Below the pieces are notes generated by a model. It was not told the origin of the DNA, did not search any database, and worked only from the letters and a program-made list of their open reading frames with translations. From Mycobacteriales bacterium (lineage in GTDB: Bacteria > Actinomycetota > Actinomycetes > Mycobacteriales > Nakamurellaceae): 24,000 nt of DNA. Positions 19,181 to 24,000 of the stretch are shown piece by piece (the first letter of the stretch is position 1; each line of letters opens with the position of its first letter). The position numbers were made by a program, and so were the translations under genes. The stretch lies in assembly GCA_038245175.1 (NCBI GenBank), contig JBBRSR010000001.1, positions 191,744-215,743 of the forward strand, read 5' to 3'.

Positions 19181-19999
19181 ATGCCAGCGCCGATCGTGAT
19201 CGATCGCGACAACCCGACTCCGCTGTACGCACAGATCGCCGCCCAGTTGCGCGCGCAGATCGATACGGGCGCGCTGAAGCCGGGGGACCGGATCGACAAC
19301 GAGGAAGTACTGGCCGCGCGGCTCGCATTGTCCCGGCCGACGATAGCCAGGGCGATCAACGAACTGGTGGCACAGGGGCTGGTTGTGCGCCGGCGCGGGT
19401 TCGGTACCGAGGTGACCAATTCGGTGCAGCACCGGCGGCTGGAGCTGACCAGCCTCTACGAGGATCTGGTGCGCAACGGGCGGCGACCGAGCACCCAGGT
19501 GTTGGCCATCGAGCAGGTCCTCGATGGCCGGGCCGCGATCCTGCTGGGGCTGTCCCCGGTGACCCCGCTGGTCCACCTGCGAAGGCTGCGGTCCGCCGAG
19601 GCGGTACCGATCGCGTTGATGGAGAACTGGCTGCCCGGCGGCTTTGCGGACCTGACCCAAGCGGAGCTGGTCGCTGATGGGTTGTACGGGGTGCTGCGCG
19701 CCCGCGGCGCCGGCCCGGCGGCGGCCCGGCAGCAGCTCGGTGCCAAGGCCGCCGGTGCGATGGAGGCGCGGTTACTGCAGGTTCGCCGCGGCACTCCGCT
19801 GATGACCATGGCCAGCCTGGCGTACGACGTCGACGGCGTGCCGGTCGAGTGCGGCACCCACGTGTACCGGGCCGACATCTACTCCATCGAGGTTCTGGTC
19901 CACTCCCTGAGCGCCGCGACGAATGAGTCGACGTCGCCCTCGGTGGTGTCCCATGAGCACATCCAGCGGACCTCGCCGGTGGCGACATCCCAGTCGTAG
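19181..19999 (+). CDS. GntR-family transcriptional regulator, HutC subfamily (wHTH plus UTRA-like effector domain)
   Basis: N-terminal PLYAQIAAQLRAQIDTGALKPGDRI..EEVLAARLALSRPTIARAINELVAQGLVVRRRGFGTEV is a GntR wHTH. The C-terminal part ending ..THVYRADIYSIEV resembles UTRA. GAGGA abuts ATG 19181, so GTG 19196 may be the real start. The 3' end overlaps the convergent aldolase gene. Confidence 0.82.
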   Translation: MPAPIVIDRDNPTPLYAQIAAQLRAQIDTGALKPGDRIDNEEVLAARLALSRPTIARAINELVAQGLVVRRRGFGTEVTNSVQHRRLELTSLYEDLVRNGRRPSTQVLAIEQVLDGRAAILLGLSPVTPLVHLRRLRSAEAVPIALMENWLPGGFADLTQAELVADGLYGVLRARGAGPAAARQQLGAKAAGAMEARLLQVRRGTPLMTMASLAYDVDGVPVECGTHVYRADIYSIEVLVHSLSAATNESTSPSVVSHEHIQRTSPVATSQS

Positions 20000-20937
20000 A
20001 ACCGGAATTGCTCGCGAACCTGGTCGGCGACGCCGTCCGGCAGGATGGCGAAGACCGCGTTGGCCTGGGTACTGCGGGTGATCTTCACCTGGTCGAGAGC
20101 GGCGGCGCCTTCGGTGAGTCGCTGGGCCATCGAGTTCGCATGAGTCGCCGACCGGAGCCACAGGTCACCCTCGAACAGAGCGATCAGCTGGGCGGAGATG
20201 AACCGCATCTTCGAGGCCAGTTGCATGTTCATTTTGCGCAGGTACTTCAGGCCGGCGCCGGCGGCCGGGTTCAGCACCACCACAGCCTCGCCGCCGAGCA
20301 GTCCGTTCTTCGTGCCGCCGAGGGAGATGATGTCGACCCCGGCGTCAGTTGTGAAGGCGCGCATGGGTTCGCCCAGGGCGGCCGCGGCATTGGCGATCCG
20401 TGAACCGTCCAGGTGCACCAACAGGCCCAGGCCGTGCGCGTGGTCGCAGATGGCCCTGATCTCCGCGACGGAATAGATCGTGCCGAGCTCCGTGGACTGG
20501 GTGATTGACACAACCGCCGGTTGCGCCCGATGCTCGTCGCCGAATCCCCAGGCCTGCTTGTCGATCAGCCCCGGGGTCAACTTGCCGTCCGGGGTGGCGA
20601 CGGTCAGCAGCTTGATGCCCGCCACCCGCTCCGGTGCGCCGTTTTCGTCGGTGTTGATGTGCGCCGTCTCGGCGCACACCACCGCCCCCCACGGCGCCAA
20701 CATCGATTGCAGCGCAAGGACATTCGCTCCGGTCCCGTTGAAAACCGGGAATCCGACAGCCCGCTCGCCGAAGTGTCCGCGGAGCACCTCCTGCAGGCGC
20801 GCGGTGTAGACGTCGTCGCCGTAGGCGATCTGATGGCCGCCGTTGGCCGCGGCCAGCGCGGTCAGGATCTCCGGATGAACCCCGGCGTAATTGTCGGAGG
20901 CAAAGCCGCGAATTTCGGGATCGTGGAGAGTGGTCAC
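19879..20937 (-). CDS. ltaE: Low-specificity threonine aldolase-like PLP enzyme (beta-eliminating lyase family)
   Basis: FASDNYAGVHPEIL, YGDDVYT, FNGTGANVLAL, AHI.TDE, HLDGSRIANAA and SLGGTKNG (PLP Lys) motifs. GTG 20937 overlaps the upstream gene's TGA (GTGA). 352 aa. The track start at 21276 is an extension. Confidence 0.85.
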   Translation of the reverse strand: MTTLHDPEIRGFASDNYAGVHPEILTALAAANGGHQIAYGDDVYTARLQEVLRGHFGERAVGFPVFNGTGANVLALQSMLAPWGAVVCAETAHINTDENGAPERVAGIKLLTVATPDGKLTPGLIDKQAWGFGDEHRAQPAVVSITQSTELGTIYSVAEIRAICDHAHGLGLLVHLDGSRIANAAAALGEPMRAFTTDAGVDIISLGGTKNGLLGGEAVVVLNPAAGAGLKYLRKMNMQLASKMRFISAQLIALFEGDLWLRSATHANSMAQRLTEGAAALDQVKITRSTQANAVFAILPDGVADQVREQFRFYDWDVATGEVRWMCSWDTTEGDVDSFVAALREWTRTSME

Positions 20938-22655
20938 ACCACTGATTCTGGCATTGTTTGCGGCATCGATCCGCTGCCGGTGATCCCGGCCGTGGAGACC
21001 ACCACATCGGAGAGCTTGCGGGACAGTGCCTCGTAGAACATCGACAACGGGAACTCGTCCGGCAGGACCGCGTCGGTGAGTCCCTTCGGTGGCCCATTCA
21101 ACGGCAACGCCGACGGTCCCTTCGCCCAGACCGAGGCGGGGTGCGGGGTCAAGATGCCACTGATGAGTTCGTAGGCCGCGAGCCAGTGCGAAATCTTCGG
21201 CCGGTCGATGGAACGCCAGTACAGGTCCTCGATCTGACGGTGCAGGTCCAGCACCGCTTCGGTGACATGCTCCCACTCGATCGAGAGCCGATTGTCTGTC
21301 CAGTGCAACACATGTCGCTGGTGCAGATGGGCAAAAAGCAGCTGCCCGCCGAGCCCGTCATAGTTGCGAACGCGGCCACCGGTGATGGCGAAGCGGAAGA
21401 TCCGGTCGAACAGAATCGCATACTGCACCAGGCGGGCCTGGCCGACCCCGGTGCCTTCCAGTCGAACCGACTCCCGGAAAGCGGTCAGATCGCAGCGCAG
21501 TTCCTCCAGTGAGTACAGGAAGTACGGCATCCGCTGCTTGATCATGAACGGGTCGAAGGGCAGGTCCCCGTGCATGTGGGTGCGGTCATGGATCAGGTCC
21601 CACATGACGAACGTCTGCTCGGCCAGCTCCTGGTCATCGAGCAGTCTGGCCGCCTCGGGGGGCAGGGTCAGCCCGGTGGTAGGCGCGGCGGCGCCGGCCA
21701 CCCGGCGGAAGCGGGCAGCCTCTCGGTCGGCGAAAATGGCGCCCCAGGTGAACTTCGGGACCTCCCGCATGGCAACGGTTTCCGGGAACAGCACCGCGGA
21801 ATTGGTGTCGTAGCCGGCGGTGAAGTCCAGGAAGCGGACCGGCACGAACAGCTTGTTGGAGTAGTCGCCCTGTTCCAGCGCGTCGACGAATTCCGGCCAG
21901 ATCACTTCCAGCAGTACGGCTTCGACTCGCCGATCTGGACTGCCGTTCTGGGTGTACATCGGGAATACCACCAGGTGTTTCAGGCCGTCGATCCGGTTCT
22001 TCTCGGGATGGAAGGCGTTGAGAGAGTCCAGGAAGTCCGGCCTTTCGAATCCGCCGTCGGCCCAGCGGGTGAAATCCTTTACCAGGGACTGCAAGTAGTC
22101 CGCGTCATGCTCGAAATGAGTTGCCAGCGCTTCGATGTCGGTGATTAGTTGTTGGGTCAGGCGGGCCGCGGCCGAGTGGCTGGCGGTTTCGGGTACCGAG
22201 CCGTCGGCCGCTTGCAGCAGGGCCAGGTCGGTGGCCGCCTGCTTGAGCGACTGCCAATGCTGATCGCCGGCCGGCGAATCCGTTACTTCCCGTGGCCGAC
22301 GAGCGCCGGTCGGCGCCGCAGCCCAGCTGATCATGTTGACGATCAGTTCGGCGTGCCCGACGTCCGTCGGATCCAGGTCGAGATCGGTGGCAGCGCGTCG
22401 GTTGCCGTCGGTGGTGAGTTCGAGGTGGGTGGTGCCGGGGTTCAAGCCCGTGCGGGCGAAAAGGTCATAAGCGATCGGTGAGCGGGCCGGGTAGTCGTCG
22501 GTGCCGGTGACCGTCAGGGCGCCCGCCGAGCTATCGATTACTACGTCCGCGGCGGCGGCATCGCCGGTCCTTCGGTAGCCCCGGCTGGTGAGCAGAGGTG
22601 CCCACACATCGGCTGCGTCCTGCGCCCAGTACACCTGCGGAAATCCCGTCATCAC
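20934..22655 (-). CDS. Conserved hypothetical protein (573 aa), function unknown; HDxxH...EE motif
   Basis: Long ORF with gene-like, GC3-rich codon usage and no recognisable characterised domain by eye. Contains WDLIHDRTHMHGDLPFDPF...LYSLEELRCD. GTG 22655 is immediately followed by ATG 22652, and GGAG lies 6 nt before the ATG, so 22652 may be the true start. Confidence 0.7.
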   Translation of the reverse strand: MMTGFPQVYWAQDAADVWAPLLTSRGYRRTGDAAAADVVIDSSAGALTVTGTDDYPARSPIAYDLFARTGLNPGTTHLELTTDGNRRAATDLDLDPTDVGHAELIVNMISWAAAPTGARRPREVTDSPAGDQHWQSLKQAATDLALLQAADGSVPETASHSAAARLTQQLITDIEALATHFEHDADYLQSLVKDFTRWADGGFERPDFLDSLNAFHPEKNRIDGLKHLVVFPMYTQNGSPDRRVEAVLLEVIWPEFVDALEQGDYSNKLFVPVRFLDFTAGYDTNSAVLFPETVAMREVPKFTWGAIFADREAARFRRVAGAAAPTTGLTLPPEAARLLDDQELAEQTFVMWDLIHDRTHMHGDLPFDPFMIKQRMPYFLYSLEELRCDLTAFRESVRLEGTGVGQARLVQYAILFDRIFRFAITGGRVRNYDGLGGQLLFAHLHQRHVLHWTDNRLSIEWEHVTEAVLDLHRQIEDLYWRSIDRPKISHWLAAYELISGILTPHPASVWAKGPSALPLNGPPKGLTDAVLPDEFPLSMFYEALSRKLSDVVVSTAGITGSGSMPQTMPESVV

Positions 22656-22788
22656 CAGCTCCGTTCACTCATTCACCGGGCCAAATCCCAGTAGAAAGTT
22701 CGATCTTCGGTCCAGGCTACCGTAAATTATCCGGTGACTGGGGGGATTGACCGGAAATAGTGAGGAGGTCGACCGGTGGCAGTTTCGG

Positions 22789-24000
22789 TCAGCCGAGCGG
22801 GTCGACACTGCGCTGATCGTTGTCCAGCACGAACTCGGCCCAGCGATAGCCATCCCACCAGCGATGGTGATGGCGGCCGGACGGGTCCGGGTAGAAGGCC
22901 GGCTGCAGATACGGGGCAGGGATGGTGTCGGCTGTCGCGGGAAACGGCGTCGCGGTTGGCAACTGGGTGGCGGGAAACGTCGGTGCAATGGGGAACTGGG
23001 TGCCGGGGAACTGGGTGTTGGGGAACTGGGTGCCGGGGAACTGGCCCTGCCCCGGGAACTGCCCGACGGCCGGGAACTGGGTGGTCGGCACCGGCGCCGG
23101 CGCCTGCCACAGCGCCGTGGTCTTGGCCAGCCCCCGGAAATCGAACTGGCACTTGGAACACTCGCGCAGTGCCGCCTCGCCGCGTTGGTCCCCGCACTGC
23201 GGGCAGAATGTGATCAACGAGTTCTCGGCATGCAGGCCCTGGCAGCGTGGGCAGACGAATTCCGGATCCAGTTGGTTGAGCTGAGCCAGTTTGCCGATCA
23301 ACACGAACGGCGACACGCCCTGCGAGCTGACGAAAAGGCCGACGCTGCTTTGCAGGGTCCGGATTTTGCTGGTGCGGCTCTTCAACCGCGCATAGTCCGG
23401 GTTCACCACCTTGGCCAGCCGGCAGGTGACGCAGACCTGCAACGAGCGCAGCGGGACCGTCTCCCGAATGCGCGCCTGCTGGACCAGGAATTCCACCACC
23501 GGGACGGCGGCCGGTTCGAGTTGGATCCAGGAGTTGCCCGCCCACGATCCCGCGGTCTGCAGCAACCCCTCCAGGCGGCCGACCAGCTGCTCCACCTGTG
23601 AGACCAGCTTCGCCGGCATCGGTCCGGGCCGGGCGGCGACCAGGGCACCGGCGGTCACCATGCCGTAGACGGTTTCGATAGGCAGGGTGGCGACGCCGCG
23701 CGGCGTCATCACGGCGACGTTGCCGGTGTCCCGCCACCCCTTCGGCGCCTCTCCCTGGTCATTGTCCAGGTATCGGTTCGCGACCTGGGTCACCTTCGCG
23801 GTGGTCCGCCCGGCGGCGCCGTTGGCCGCGACGCCGACGTGGGTGCTCCGGGTCGGCGGCGGGAACTCGGCGGCCGACGGGTCAACCCGGCGCAACGCCG
23901 CATCAACGCCGTCCAGAACGTCGGCGATGATCTCCTGATACACCGCGATCGGGCGGGCGATCGGCAATTTCCAGCCGTCCCGGACCTCGATCCACAACGA
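22789..24000 (-). CDS. Hypothetical protein with Zn-ribbon-like CxxC pairs, QFP-repeat linker and a DUF2510-like C-terminus; 5' end probably outside the window
   Basis: The frame stays open to the window edge, and the track start at 23997 is only a TTG. CxxC pairs: CVTC, CPRC...CPQC, CSKC. Repeat TQFPAVGQFPGQGQFPGTQFPNTQFPGTQFP. C-terminal FYPDPSGRHHHRWWDGYRWAEFV resembles the DUF2510 signature (YPDP..G...R.WDG..W). Confidence 0.7.
   Translation of the reverse strand, partial: SLWIEVRDGWKLPIARPIAVYQEIIADVLDGVDAALRRVDPSAAEFPPPTRSTHVGVAANGAAGRTTAKVTQVANRYLDNDQGEAPKGWRDTGNVAVMTPRGVATLPIETVYGMVTAGALVAARPGPMPAKLVSQVEQLVGRLEGLLQTAGSWAGNSWIQLEPAAVPVVEFLVQQARIRETVPLRSLQVCVTCRLAKVVNPDYARLKSRTSKIRTLQSSVGLFVSSQGVSPFVLIGKLAQLNQLDPEFVCPRCQGLHAENSLITFCPQCGDQRGEAALRECSKCQFDFRGLAKTTALWQAPAPVPTTQFPAVGQFPGQGQFPGTQFPNTQFPGTQFPIAPTFPATQLPTATPFPATADTIPAPYLQPAFYPDPSGRHHHRWWDGYRWAEFVLDNDQRSVDPLG
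22939..23086. repeat. Coding tandem repeat with a 15-bp core period (GGGAACTGGGTGYYG)
   Basis: Three adjacent near-identical 15-mers at 22991-23005, 23006-23020 and 23021-23035, flanked by degenerate GGGAACTG / GGGAAAC units. On the minus strand these encode the xxQFP pentapeptide repeats. Confidence 0.85.

Noticed and set aside
6990-21276. Upstream extensions of track ORFs: rsmA from 6990, ispE from 7799, RR to 13004, hydrolase from 14737, ligase from 15954, pth to 18470, rplY to 19080, aldolase to 21276.
   Set aside because: The extensions overlap the preceding gene or are Arg/Pro-rich with no homology-like content. Internal starts fit family N-termini, SD sequences or start/stop overlaps, so I trimmed to those starts.
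22939-23086. Short, regularly spaced direct repeats, considered as a possible CRISPR array or minisatellite.
   Set aside because: The 15-bp units are contiguous with no spacers and sit in-frame inside a CDS, encoding QFP pentapeptides. This is a coding tandem repeat, not a CRISPR array.

Overview
High-GC (about 70%) actinobacterial chromosome, densely coding. The backbone matches the conserved metG-tatD-rpfB-ksgA-ispE ... pks16-pth-rplY neighbourhood, which I recall from Mycobacterium tuberculosis Rv1007c-Rv1015c. There are three departures from that layout. (1) rpfB is replaced by three tandem RpfB-architecture muralytic genes (TM, DUF348 repeats, G5, transglycosylase-like domain). Each has its own sigma-A-like promoter and a conserved 5' leader hairpin, so the leader is a candidate cis-regulatory RNA present three times. 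(2) Between ispE and the pks16/FadD-like ligase lie an ABC-F ATPase, a ribokinase, a LuxR-type response regulator and an unusually long, internally duplicated HisKA_3 sensor kinase. Divergent from the kinase is a secreted Cys-His (CHAP/NlpC-P60-like) hydrolase gene with visibly atypical codon usage. (3) After rplY, synteny breaks into a GntR/HutC regulator, a threonine-aldolase-like PLP enzyme whose start overlaps the stop of an uncharacterised 573-aa protein, and a partial Zn-ribbon/QFP-repeat/DUF2510-like protein. I saw no tRNA, rRNA, CRISPR array, transposase or integrase. Many long antisense ORFs in the track are high-GC artefacts. All domain calls come from motifs read by eye, and no database search was run.
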